A DNA stretch of 51,243 nucleotides from Treponema sp. (GTDB lineage Bacteria > Spirochaetota > Spirochaetia > Treponematales > Treponemataceae): the NCBI GenBank assembly GCA_017960765.1, contig JAGCYQ010000060.1:1-51243 (forward strand). The letters run 5' to 3'. The position numbers were made by a program, and so were the translations under genes. The notes beneath the pieces are model-generated. The model saw only the letters and a list, made by a program, of their open reading frames with translations, searched no databases and had not been told where the DNA came from. Positions within the stretch are counted from its first letter, which is position 1. Each line of letters begins with the position of its first letter. Positions 1 through 9,842 of this stretch are shown here, piece after piece.

Positions 1-3000
1 ATGAATCAACTCAACCATTTCTGCTGTAAGGAACCAACCTTCTCCAGTGATGTTTCCAAGCTGAACGATGTCGTCCACCCCCTTCATCAAATCGTATATG
101 ATTGTCGGGGATTCAAAACGGTGGCTCTTATTCAGAGCTTTCTTCATATATTTTCGGTAAAGTTCAAGGAACCATACAAATATTTTTGCATTTCTTTCGG
201 TTTTTTTGGGGAAAGCAAGCTCCTTGTGACGGAAAATGCCCGTACTGAAGGTATAGAAGAGGAAGTCCGCCAGATCCGGCATGACACACTCAGCACCTTC
301 GCGTTCAATTACGTCAACTATCTGGTTATTGGCCGTAGGATGGAATTTTACAAGGATTTCTCCTACAACACCCACACGAGGCTTTTTAATCGGAACCAGA
401 GGAAGATTGTCAAAGTCACGCACGATTCCCTTTATGAGCTTGTGATATTTATGGATTGAAAGGGATTTAAGGACTATCTGGGCCTTACCGTTCCATTTCT
501 CATACAGGGCATTGGCACTTCCCGGAACCTTCTCGTAAGGACGCACACGGTAAAGTATGCGCATGAAAAGGTCGCCTATCATGACAGAACGCAGGGCACG
601 GTGCAGAAGCGGGAATGAGATTGTGAATCCCGGGTTGACCTCGAACCCCTGAGCACTGAGGGAAATAACCGGTACCTGTGACATTCCAGCGTCATTCAAG
701 GCACGTCGGATAAATCCAATGTAGTTTGTGGCACGGCATCCACCTCCTGTCTGGGTAATCATCAGGCTTACGTTGTTCAGGTCGTATTTTCCGCTCTGTA
801 ATGCGGCTATCAGCTGACCTGCAACAAGGATAGAAGGATAACATGCGTCATTGTTTACGTATTTTAGTCCGGTCTCAACTGCGGCCGGGTCAACTGCATC
901 AAGGATAACAAAATTGTAGCCCGAATACTGGAACGCCTTTTGCAGAAGCCTGAAGTGAATAGGACTCATCTGCGGTGCAAGAATCGTGTGCTTTGCCTTC
1001 ATCTCCTTGGTGAAGACCTGTCTCTGATATGCGGCGCTCTTTATCTGGACCTTTACATGATTTCTCTGGCGTGCCTTTACTGCGGCGATAAGAGAACGAA
1101 TACGGATACGGACTGCCCCGAGGTTTGAGCCCTCGTCAATCTTGATGAGCGTATACATGCGGCTCTTGGCCTTTAATATCTCATCAACCTGATCTGCTGT
1201 AACTGCATCCAGACCGCATCCAAATGATGTAAGCTGAACAAGCTCCAGGTTAGGCATCTCTGAGACAAAAGCGGCGGCCCTGTACAGGCGGTTATGGTAT
1301 GTCCACTGGTCGATTATGCGCAACGGCCTTTCGATTGCACCCAGATGTGCCACAGAGTCCTCGGTGAACACTGCAAGCCCCAGTCCGTGGATCATCTCTG
1401 GAATACCGTGGTTTATCTCAGGGTCAAGGTGATACGGACGTCCCGCAAGAACAATACCGTTTGCACCCCTTGTTATTATCTGCTCAAGTGCATCTTCTCC
1501 TGCCTGCTGAACATCCTTCTTGAATTTTTCCTGCTCTGCCCATGCCGCATCAACCGCAGACTTGATTTTTTCGGCGGTAAGTGCCTTGAAATGAGGCAAA
1601 AGCTCCTCTGCAAGACGTTCTGCAAGTCTTTCCTTGTCGTAAATCGGGAGGAATGGATTCATGAACAAAAGGTTTGAATCCTGGCGCACACGGTCAACAT
1701 TGTTGCGCAAAACCTCAGGATAGCTTGTGACGATCGGGCAGTTGTAGTGGTTTCCGGCACCCGGGTCCTCCTGCTTCTCGTATGGGGCACAAGGATAGAA
1801 TATAAAATGGCAGCCGGAATTCAACAGGCTTTCCAGATGGCCATGGCTTATTTTTCCAGGATAGCACACTGACTCAGACGGAATTGTCTCAAGGCCTTTC
1901 TCGTAAATGCCTCTGCTTGAACGTGGAGAAAGACGCACGCGGAATCCAAGCTTTGTAAAGAAAGTGAACCACAGCGGGTAATTCTCGTACATGTTAAGTA
2001 CACGCGGAATACCAACATCACCCATGGTAGCTTCCTCAGTCTTTAGAGGGGTATAATAGCTGAAAAGCCTCTTGTACTTCCATTCAAACAGGTTGGGAAG
2101 ATTCTTTGGATCCTCACTGTCATCCAGCTGACTTGCCTCTTTATTGCTTGCATCAACTACAAGGTCCTCTTTTCCAAGCTCAGCACCACGCTCACAACGG
2201 TTTCCTGTGACAAATTTGCGTGAGATACCGCCGGTGGTAAAGGTATTTATCGTAAGAAGACAGTTGTTGGAGCACTTTCCGCATCTCCTCAAATCCAGCT
2301 CAACATTGAATGACTCAAGCTGATCAAGGGTTGCAATCTTTGACTTTACGAATTTCGGGGTCTGGTCGGGATCATCGGGCTTTGGACGCCTCAGGTCCTC
2401 CCACTGGTCCTTTGCAATCAGGGCTGAACCGTATGCACCCATGAGGCCTGCAACATCGGGACGGAATACGTTTACACCCGCGATTTTCTCAAATGCACGC
2501 AAAACCGCATCGTTAAAGAAAGTTCCACCCTGAACAACGACCTTGCTTCCGATCTCTGATGCCTTTCTAAGCTTAATTACCTTGAAAAGGGCATTCTTAA
2601 TTACAGAATATGAAAGACCGGCAGATATATCAGCTACAGTTGCACCCTCTTTCTGGGCCTGCTTTACACGGCTGTTCATGAATACTGTACAGCGGGTTCC
2701 AAGGTCAACAGGTTTCGGGGCCATAAGCGCGATCTTAGAGAATTCCTGAACACTCATTCCCATGGTACGGGCAAAATTGTCAAGGAAGCTTCCACAACCG
2801 GATGAGCATGCCTCGTTCAGCTGAATGGAGGTAATTGCACCGTCCTTCATCCTAAGGCACTTCATGTCCTGTCCGCCGATGTCCAGAAGGAATTCAACTC
2901 CGGGAACAAAGAAATCAGCGGCACGGTAATGTGTGATTGTCTCAACTTCTCCCGCATCAACACCAAGGGCTGCCTGGAAAAGAGCCTCTCCATATCCTGT

Positions 3001-4257
3001 TGATACAGCGCGGGCAATATAGCAGTCCTTTGGCAAAATTGAATACAGCTGCTTTAACACGCGGACGGCAAGATCCACAGGATTTCCTGCGTTCACGTCA
3101 TAGAAACTCCACAAGATTGCACCGTTTACGTCGGTAAGAACGGCCTTTGTCGTGGTTGAGCCTGCATCCATACCAAGGAAAACAGGTCCGCTTGCAGATT
3201 TCAGGTCGGCAGAAAGGGCTTTTTCACTTGAATGGCGTACATTGAATTCATCCAGCTCCTCCTGATTCTTGAACAATGGCTCAAGACGCTGGACTTCCTG
3301 CATCTCGGCACCCACAAGGTTCTTAAGGTTTTCCCTGAATGAAGCTATTGTCGGGAATGTAAGGGCAGAATCTTCCTGGGTAATGCACCTTACCTCACGC
3401 TCTGCAGAATAGGCCGCACCGGTTGCAACAAAAAGCTGGCTGTTCTCCGGAATAAGGGTCTCTTCCTCCGTAAGTTTAAGCGTAACGACAAAGCGATGAC
3501 GCAGCTGATCCAAGAAGTGAAGAGGGCCTCCCAAGAATGCAACATGACCGCGGATAGGCTTTCCACAGGCAAGTCCAGAGATAGTCTGTGATACAACCGC
3601 CTGGAAAATTGACGCAGCTATATCCTCACGGCGAGCACCCTCGTTAATCAAGGGCTGGACATCTGTCTTTGCAAATACACCGCAACGGGCCGCAATAGGA
3701 TAGATAGTTGAGGCACCCTTGGCAAGCTCGTTCAATCCAGCGGCATCAGTCTCCAAAAGGGCCGCCATCTGGTCAATGAATGCACCAGTACCACCGGCAC
3801 AGGTACCGTTCATCCTCTGCTCTACACCACCCTTAAAATAGGTGATCTTTGCATCCTCTCCACCAAGCTCAATTACGACATCAGTCTGAGGAATAATCTT
3901 GCGTACAGAAGTGGTTGCCGCCACAACTTCCTGAATAAAAGGAATGTTAAGCCATTGAGACACAGAGAATCCGCCGGAACCAGTTACCTTTACGCTGATA
4001 GTCTGCTCTGCACCCAGCGGAAGTGTCTTCTCCAGCTCGTCAAAGCATTTTGTTACGACAGCAATAATCGTGTTGCGGATGTCGGCACGGTGACGCTCAT
4101 AGGCACCATACAAAAGCTCGTTATTGTCGCCCAGAGCCACAACTTTTACAGTTGTTGAGCCTACGTCAATACCGATGCGTATAGGCCGGACAGAAGAATC
4201 AGAAGCCTTGGTAAGCTTCATCGAAGAAAGTGTATTTTCATTTAAATTATCAGCCAT
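1..4257 (-). CDS. Multidomain CoA-substrate-specific enzyme activase (two BadF/BadG/BcrA/BcrD ASKHA ATPase domains + DUF2229 + 2-hydroxyacyl-CoA dehydratase-like region); 3' end runs off the window
   Basis: Not in the ORF track because there is no stop in the window. Manual translation from ATG 4257 (SD GGAAGG) gives GIDVGSTTVK, ELGGEDAK, RMNGTCAGGTGAFIDQMA, TGYGEALF, LDIGGQDMK, NEACSSGCGSF, GIPRVLNMYEN, TQTGGGCRATNY and GEGWFLTAEMVEL. Spot checks along the gene all fell in one frame. Confidence 0.9.
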   Translation of the reverse strand, partial: MADNLNENTLSSMKLTKASDSSVRPIRIGIDVGSTTVKVVALGDNNELLYGAYERHRADIRNTIIAVVTKCFDELEKTLPLGAEQTISVKVTGSGGFSVSQWLNIPFIQEVVAATTSVRKIIPQTDVVIELGGEDAKITYFKGGVEQRMNGTCAGGTGAFIDQMAALLETDAAGLNELAKGASTIYPIAARCGVFAKTDVQPLINEGARREDIAASIFQAVVSQTISGLACGKPIRGHVAFLGGPLHFLDQLRHRFVVTLKLTEEETLIPENSQLFVATGAAYSAEREVRCITQEDSALTFPTIASFRENLKNLVGAEMQEVQRLEPLFKNQEELDEFNVRHSSEKALSADLKSASGPVFLGMDAGSTTTKAVLTDVNGAILWSFYDVNAGNPVDLAVRVLKQLYSILPKDCYIARAVSTGYGEALFQAALGVDAGEVETITHYRAADFFVPGVEFLLDIGGQDMKCLRMKDGAITSIQLNEACSSGCGSFLDNFARTMGMSVQEFSKIALMAPKPVDLGTRCTVFMNSRVKQAQKEGATVADISAGLSYSVIKNALFKVIKLRKASEIGSKVVVQGGTFFNDAVLRAFEKIAGVNVFRPDVAGLMGAYGSALIAKDQWEDLRRPKPDDPDQTPKFVKSKIATLDQLESFNVELDLRRCGKCSNNCLLTINTFTTGGISRKFVTGNRCERGAELGKEDLVVDASNKEASQLDDSEDPKNLPNLFEWKYKRLFSYYTPLKTEEATMGDVGIPRVLNMYENYPLWFTFFTKLGFRVRLSPRSSRGIYEKGLETIPSESVCYPGKISHGHLESLLNSGCHFIFYPCAPYEKQEDPGAGNHYNCPIVTSYPEVLRNNVDRVRQDSNLLFMNPFLPIYDKERLAERLAEELLPHFKALTAEKIKSAVDAAWAEQEKFKKDVQQAGEDALEQIITRGANGIVLAGRPYHLDPEINHGIPEMIHGLGLAVFTEDSVAHLGAIERPLRIIDQWTYHNRLYRAAAFVSEMPNLELVQLTSFGCGLDAVTADQVDEILKAKSRMYTLIKIDEGSNLGAVRIRIRSLIAAVKARQRNHVKVQIKSAAYQRQVFTKEMKAKHTILAPQMSPIHFRLLQKAFQYSGYNFVILDAVDPAAVETGLKYVNNDACYPSILVAGQLIAALQSGKYDLNNVSLMITQTGGGCRATNYIGFIRRALNDAGMSQVPVISLSAQGFEVNPGFTISFPLLHRALRSVMIGDLFMRILYRVRPYEKVPGSANALYEKWNGKAQIVLKSLSIHKYHKLIKGIVRDFDNLPLVPIKKPRVGVVGEILVKFHPTANNQIVDVIEREGAECVMPDLADFLFYTFSTGIFRHKELAFPKKTERNAKIFVWFLELYRKYMKKALNKSHRFESPTIIYDLMKGVDDIVQLGNITGEGWFLTAEMVELIH

Positions 4258-4327
4258 AAAAACCTTCCTAAAGGAATGTTAGGACCCGCGTCAATCAATC
4301 AGAGTACACTAAGCCCATTATTACACT

Positions 4328-4356
4328 ATGATATACGTTTTTTAATTTTAATTCAA
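4328..4356 (-). promoter_or_regulatory. sigma70-like promoter of the activase gene
   Basis: TTGAAT-17 nt-TATCAT on the minus strand. Confidence 0.55.
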
Positions 4357-4426
4357 GGGAAACTGTTATAAGCCGCAGGCTTTATGATAAGAGGATTTTT
4401 TGAATATCATCAAACTGATTAACACA

Positions 4427-6325
4427 TCATTCCCCAAGGAACAATGGTGTGCCGATTACAATGCTTTGGCCTGATCTTATCTTAGAGAATGATGCATCTG
4501 CTGATACCGGCAGGCCTTCTGTTGCAGTGAGCCACTCGTTTACGGCGGACTGGTTTTCTACCTTTACCGGAACCATATACCAGGAACCGCTTTGCTTTGA
4601 GATTTTTCCACATGCAATAATCTTTCCGTCGCTTACAACACCAACCGGAATCTCGTTGCTTCCACCGTACTGGCTTGACAAGGATGAATTCTTGGACTTA
4701 CTGATAAACAGCTGTACCTTGCTTGTGCTTATGACGCTTGCCACAAATCCATGTGAAGAACTCTGGGATACCAGGGTCTCAAGAAGCTGTGAATAGGCAT
4801 CGTTTTGTGATGTCAGATCCTTTGTCCTTGAATCCAGAGTCTTGACCCTGGTTGATAATATTTCCTGTTCCGCAGTAGCATTCTTAAGCTGACCTGAGAG
4901 TGTCGTTACCTGAGTTGAAAGGCTTTCCTTTTCTCCTGCCAGTTTCTGTTTTTCAGTTGCAAGGGCATCACGCTCTGCACTGAGGCTGTCCCTTTCCTTT
5001 GAAAGATTCCTGTTTTCCAGGGTAAGCTCGTTGTTCTGGGTCTTAAGGCTCTGAGTCTCGGCGGTAAGCTCTTCTTTTTGTGCAACAAGAGTTTCCTTTT
5101 CCTGTGCGAGCGTATCTTTCTCCTGTGTCACAGTGTTCAGGTTTTGGGTCAGCTCCTCACTCTTTGTAACAAGCTCCTGGTTTTCTCCCTCAAGGGTCTC
5201 GTTACGCTCCGTGAGTTTTGTATTCTTATCAAGAAGATTGTTGACTTCGCTGACGGCAGCCTTTGCCATGTCATTACCCGCAGAATTCGCTATGCGTTCA
5301 AGTGCAAGTGCAAATGACGGTATTGCGTTTTTCTGTGGAAGACGGTTGAACCTTGTCCTTAGCTTTTCAAGTTCAGCATAATACTCTGACTGTCCTGCCA
5401 GCGCATCAAGGAATTCCTGGGAAGCCCCCGCGGTAACAGTGGTCTTTGAGCCGCTGTATTTTGCATCATACTGCGAGCGTGCTTTTCTGGAAATTGAAAG
5501 TGCCGTCTGGTCATCTTCAAACGTCGGGTCATACTGGGCAACGACAAAGCTTACCATCTCTTCCTGACGTGCCAAGTCCGACTGCTGTACCTCTGACAGA
5601 GATGAGCGCAATTCATTCAGCTTGTTCTCGTACTCGCTTGCAATCTTGCTTTTTTCTATCTCGTGAAGCTGCTTCTCACTGTCAAGGAGTGCCTGCTGCT
5701 CTCGTGCCTGCTCTACCGCATTGGAGTCGAATTCCATCAGCTGCTTTTGGTATTCATCGATGTTCTTCTGGGCCTGCTGGATTTTTCTTTCTATCTCCGG
5801 TATTCCCTGAATGTCTGCCTGATACTTGTCTTCTATTTCTTTTATCCGCTGGTTTCTCTCGGTCGCATCCTTTATGTTGAGTGACTGAACTGTTGCCAGG
5901 GATGAATCACGTGCGGCCTGGGCCTGTGTCATGATTCTTTCCTTTTCTGACTCAAGATTGAGCTTTGTGCTTGTCTCCTCATCAAGTTTGGCCTGTGTGC
6001 TTCCTACAAGATCCAGAAGATTCCTAAGATTCAGGTCATCAAAATTCTCAACTTTGACTGCAATCTGACTGTTCTTCTTATTTACGATCATTACGATTAC
6101 GCTGGATAGAACCGTGACAAAAAGAACTGCGGCGAGCATCAGGAGAACAATAGGCTTATTATTCTTCCAGCTGTTTTTCCGTGTGGCCTCATAAGCATGC
6201 TCAAGATCGTATCTGGTTCCTGCATTTTCCGACGGTAAATTCCTGGATTCCTGCTCAAGAAAATCCTGAATTCCGGAGTGTATGCGGGATTTTATTTCGA
6301 AGTCATTGTCCATATTCCATTCCAT
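4427..6325 (-). CDS. Single-pass membrane protein with long coiled coil (true start probably MDNDF at 6313)
   Basis: TM segment PIVLLMLAAVLFVTVLSSVIVMIV; about 20 consecutive heptads (LTERNET LEGENQE ... LTSQNDA); overlaps the end of the cyclase gene. Confidence 0.8.
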   Translation of the reverse strand: MEWNMDNDFEIKSRIHSGIQDFLEQESRNLPSENAGTRYDLEHAYEATRKNSWKNNKPIVLLMLAAVLFVTVLSSVIVMIVNKKNSQIAVKVENFDDLNLRNLLDLVGSTQAKLDEETSTKLNLESEKERIMTQAQAARDSSLATVQSLNIKDATERNQRIKEIEDKYQADIQGIPEIERKIQQAQKNIDEYQKQLMEFDSNAVEQAREQQALLDSEKQLHEIEKSKIASEYENKLNELRSSLSEVQQSDLARQEEMVSFVVAQYDPTFEDDQTALSISRKARSQYDAKYSGSKTTVTAGASQEFLDALAGQSEYYAELEKLRTRFNRLPQKNAIPSFALALERIANSAGNDMAKAAVSEVNNLLDKNTKLTERNETLEGENQELVTKSEELTQNLNTVTQEKDTLAQEKETLVAQKEELTAETQSLKTQNNELTLENRNLSKERDSLSAERDALATEKQKLAGEKESLSTQVTTLSGQLKNATAEQEILSTRVKTLDSRTKDLTSQNDAYSQLLETLVSQSSSHGFVASVISTSKVQLFISKSKNSSLSSQYGGSNEIPVGVVSDGKIIACGKISKQSGSWYMVPVKVENQSAVNEWLTATEGLPVSADASFSKIRSGQSIVIGTPLFLGE

Positions 6326-8118
6326 CCTGCCGGGGCACTCTTTAATCCTATGCGCTCAAGAAATACATGAGCTACATCAAGGTCACTCTTTTTAAAAGCT
6401 GCTCTTGCTGTTTTCCAGTCACCCTTATAATATGCCTTGAGGCCTTCCTCAAAGTCCGTGAATTTCTGCTCGGTATACAGGCTTGCATAATCTTCATCAA
6501 CCATCCACCGGTCAAGAGGAAAGTAAATCTTCTTTCCTTCGATTTTGCCCTTAACCTGAACCGTGTCAATCTCAAAGAATTCATATCGCTCCTTTGCTTC
6601 GGGCAATGAATTCACTTCATTTTTTACATATTCACTTACAAGAACCGGCAGCCTGTACATGCGCGTAAGGCCTTCTATTCTGGATGCTGAGTTTACATTG
6701 TCACCGATAACGGTATTTGCCATGTACCTGTTGCTTCCTATGTTGCCGTAGAAGACTTCTCCACCGTCGATTCCTACACCGATATCAAGCCGGACTGCCT
6801 CGTAAACTTTCTTTGCCTCACTGTTAAAGCGACCGAGCCTCTCAAGCTCCTTCTTTTTCTCGTCCATCTTCTGGCGGAATTTTTTTGTCTGCAAGGTCAT
6901 GTTCCAGGCACAATTGACGGCATCAACCGATTTCTGCGGATTGCTGGCTGTTTTCTCGCTGTTGATTCCAAACACACCGAGAACTGCATCACCGATAAGA
7001 GAACCGATGAATGCCTTTGACTGATTCGCATCCGATGAGCCGCCCGGCTGGATTATTCCGATTATCGAGTTGTAGTGTATGTTCAAAAGACGGATGATGT
7101 CGTTTCCAAGAACTTCCGTACGCGATGTAAAGCCCTTGATGTCAGTGAACAGGATTGTAAGCTGCCTCTGCTCACCCTTAAGCTCAACCTTGTGGTCATG
7201 ATAGGCCGTGTCAACCACGTTCTTGGAGACGAATTTCTGGAAAATATTGCGCAAATTGGCCGTATTGACGTAGAGGTCGTTGAAATTGGCCGCAAGATAG
7301 GTAATGTCGTCGTTGGGTGCCCCGCTCAAGTCGATTGGTGCCCTTGTTACCTGTGCAGGCTCTGCATTCTCATTGGCCTGACTCTGCTGAAGCTCATATA
7401 CCTCCGAGGTGAATTTCCCGATATTGCTCAGGAGCTTGTTCAACACGGATATACCGACAAAAACAAAGCCTATTGTCAAAATCAATATGATGAGGGAGAT
7501 CTTTACATAAATGCTGAACATCTCGGATTTTCTGTCAGCGGTTTCCTCTGCACGTATAAGATAGCACTTCCAGTCCGGGTGATACTTGAATACCCCGCGG
7601 AATTCTGCCCCGTATGGAGACACAAACGTAACGGAGCCTTCCACACGGTCCCTGTTGCCGGCATTGTCTGCAGTAAGCTTAGTCACATTCAGGAATTCAA
7701 GGGCTGTATCATCCGTGAATTTATCCCAGGTTCTCGATTGGTCCGCCTGAATCAGGAAAAGAAACTCTCCGTCAGGAAAGACACCCATCGCAACCGAGTG
7801 TTTTTTTGTAAAGTCACGGGCAGCGGTTTCCTTTATCGTATTGATTGAATCATCCTGCTTCTGGGAATAAAGGCTTATCTGGAACTGGCTGCTTGCCGTT
7901 GAATACATGTCCGAGAGCTGATAGACCAGAATGTCATCGGTAAGTGCAATTGTCTGCCTCTGCGTAAAAATCAGGGTAATGAAATTGGTAAAAAGGGTTG
8001 AAATCAATATCAAAAGGACAAAAACAGTCAGAATCTTGACTGAAAGAGGCACTATCGGTGTTTTTCCAACTTTTTGAAACCCAAATAACCTAAAACCCTT
8101 GCTATTATCTTCGCTCAC
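6292..8118 (-). CDS. Membrane-bound class III nucleotidyl (adenylate/guanylate) cyclase with periplasmic domain and HAMP-like linker
   Basis: Two TMs; ILFTDIKGFT, IGDAVLGVFG, GIDGGEVFYGNIGS, TVIGDNVNSASRIE, VQVKGK; GTG start. Confidence 0.9.
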   Translation of the reverse strand: MSEDNSKGFRLFGFQKVGKTPIVPLSVKILTVFVLLILISTLFTNFITLIFTQRQTIALTDDILVYQLSDMYSTASSQFQISLYSQKQDDSINTIKETAARDFTKKHSVAMGVFPDGEFLFLIQADQSRTWDKFTDDTALEFLNVTKLTADNAGNRDRVEGSVTFVSPYGAEFRGVFKYHPDWKCYLIRAEETADRKSEMFSIYVKISLIILILTIGFVFVGISVLNKLLSNIGKFTSEVYELQQSQANENAEPAQVTRAPIDLSGAPNDDITYLAANFNDLYVNTANLRNIFQKFVSKNVVDTAYHDHKVELKGEQRQLTILFTDIKGFTSRTEVLGNDIIRLLNIHYNSIIGIIQPGGSSDANQSKAFIGSLIGDAVLGVFGINSEKTASNPQKSVDAVNCAWNMTLQTKKFRQKMDEKKKELERLGRFNSEAKKVYEAVRLDIGVGIDGGEVFYGNIGSNRYMANTVIGDNVNSASRIEGLTRMYRLPVLVSEYVKNEVNSLPEAKERYEFFEIDTVQVKGKIEGKKIYFPLDRWMVDEDYASLYTEQKFTDFEEGLKAYYKGDWKTARAAFKKSDLDVAHVFLERIGLKSAPAGWNGIWTMTSK

Positions 8119-8148
8119 GATTACAACCCAACAGATAAAAAATCTAAC

Positions 8149-8195
8149 TATATAATTATATACCGATTGATTTATTTTCGCAACTCTTTTATTCT
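8149..8195. promoter_or_regulatory. Overlapping divergent promoters for the cyclase operon (-) and murJ (+)
   Basis: Minus: TTGCGA-17-TATAAT (8183..8155). Plus: TTGATT-17-TATTCT (8167..8195). Perfect palindrome TATATAATTATATA at 8149-8162. Confidence 0.5.
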
Positions 8196-8204
8196 ATAGT
8201 TACT

Positions 8205-9839
8205 ATGAATTCCGAAATTGAAAAAAATGACAGTTCCAATAACAAAGAAAGTAAAAGGAGCGGAATAAAGAGCCTTCTTAAAAGCGGGCTTTCACTTTCT
8301 GTTCTTACATTGATTTCCCGGGTGTTCGGCCTTGTACGGCAGATGACCCTTGCCAAGTTTCTGGGAACATCATCCCTGGCAGACGCATATCAGGTGGCTT
8401 TTAATGTCCCTAACCTGTTCCGACGCCTTTTTGCCGAGAATTCCATCTCAGTGGCATTTATTCCCACGTTCAAGGGATATCTTGAGGACTCAGACAGCCC
8501 CGACGGTAAAAAAGCAGCCCAGAATTTCGTAAGCGCAACACTTACCCTCCTGACTTTCGTGACAGTCTCCTTTGTCGTAATATGCATCATCTTCACACCG
8601 CTTTTGATGAGGATTTTCTATAAAGAGGGTGATACGGCATCCATAACGGAAGCGACATTGCTTACCCGCATAATGTTCCCCTATCTGGCACTGATCTCCA
8701 TAGCGGCATTATTCCAGGGCATCTTGAACGCATTAAAGATTTTCTCTCCCTCTGGATTTACACCGATTCTGTTTAACGGCATAGTAATCGCATCGGCATA
8801 TATTCTTTCCCCGCACATGGCAAATCCGGCAAGGGCCATGGCAATCGGAGTCGTTGCAGGTGGAGCGGTCCAGGCTTTCTTCCAGCTTCCCTTTGTCCTG
8901 AAGAACAACTGGAAAGTTACGTTCACATCGCTTAAAAACGCATTCACAAACCCGGGAACACGCAGGGTACTAGCACTTATAGGTCCTACAATCATCGGAA
9001 TGGCGGCATATCAGGTCAATGATATCGTATCATCAGCACTGGCAACCCGTACAGGCGAAGGTGTATTCTCAAGCCTTTCCTATTCCCTCAGAATGCAGGA
9101 ATTGATTCTTGGTATCTGTGCCGTTACGATTGGAACTGTTATTCTTCCTGATTTGACCGCTTTTGCAAACAAGAAACAATGGGCGGAATTCAGCTCCATG
9201 CTCTCCTATTCACTTAAGATCATGGCATTCATCTCCATCCCGATAACCTTTTATTCTCTCCTTATGGATAAAAGCCTGATTTCCCTGCTTTTCCAGACAG
9301 GCCAGTTCGACTCAGAATCCACCGAGATGACAGCCAAGGTTTTCCGATGCCACATAATCGGACTATATTTCATCGCGTTAAACCGTATTCTTGCCCCCGC
9401 CTTCTATGCACAGCAGGACACCGTAAAACCGACGGTCGCAGGAATAGTCAACTTTGCGGTAAACATCATACTTGCAAGCATTTTCTGCAAGATCTGGGGA
9501 GGTCCAGGAATCGCAATCGCATTGACCATCGCATCCTTTGTAAACACTGTTGTGCTGTTCATTTTCCTTGCCAAAAACCAGAACATATCCAATAAAGTCG
9601 TCCTGACATCATCCATACTCTATTCACTCAGGATGATTTTGTTCTCCGTAATCGCGTCTGTTCCGGTTTATTTCCTTAGGTGGAAAATAATTGAACTGTT
9701 CCAGGGACATCACCGTTTTATCTCACAGGGTGTTCCGGTTGTAATAACAGGATTGATTTTTGCTTCTATAGGCATCGGACTTATGGTCATTACCCGTGAT
9801 CCGCTCATCAAGACCCTTATAAAGAAACTCAAGAGGTAA
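8205..9839 (+). CDS. murJ: Lipid II flippase MurJ (MviN)
   Basis: SRVFGLVR, AFNVPNLFRRLFAEN, about 14 hydrophobic segments, FYAQQDT. Confidence 0.95.
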   Translation: MNSEIEKNDSSNNKESKRSGIKSLLKSGLSLSVLTLISRVFGLVRQMTLAKFLGTSSLADAYQVAFNVPNLFRRLFAENSISVAFIPTFKGYLEDSDSPDGKKAAQNFVSATLTLLTFVTVSFVVICIIFTPLLMRIFYKEGDTASITEATLLTRIMFPYLALISIAALFQGILNALKIFSPSGFTPILFNGIVIASAYILSPHMANPARAMAIGVVAGGAVQAFFQLPFVLKNNWKVTFTSLKNAFTNPGTRRVLALIGPTIIGMAAYQVNDIVSSALATRTGEGVFSSLSYSLRMQELILGICAVTIGTVILPDLTAFANKKQWAEFSSMLSYSLKIMAFISIPITFYSLLMDKSLISLLFQTGQFDSESTEMTAKVFRCHIIGLYFIALNRILAPAFYAQQDTVKPTVAGIVNFAVNIILASIFCKIWGGPGIAIALTIASFVNTVVLFIFLAKNQNISNKVVLTSSILYSLRMILFSVIASVPVYFLRWKIIELFQGHHRFISQGVPVVITGLIFASIGIGLMVITRDPLIKTLIKKLKR

Positions 9840-9842
9840 AGT

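Noticed and set aside
1-4158. Short ORFs in the track (1..459, 940..1128, 1294..1677 and others)
   Set aside because: They are antisense or off-frame shadows of the activase gene, with no motifs or RBS
7075-7848. Long antisense ORFs (257 aa here; also 29772..30434, 40242..40925, 17079..17681)
   Set aside because: They lie wholly opposite well-supported genes and are explained by codon bias
6292-8118. Pycsar/CBASS-type defence system
   Set aside because: Receptor-type 2-TM cyclase in a housekeeping context, with no cNMP-binding, TIR or other recognisable effector next to it
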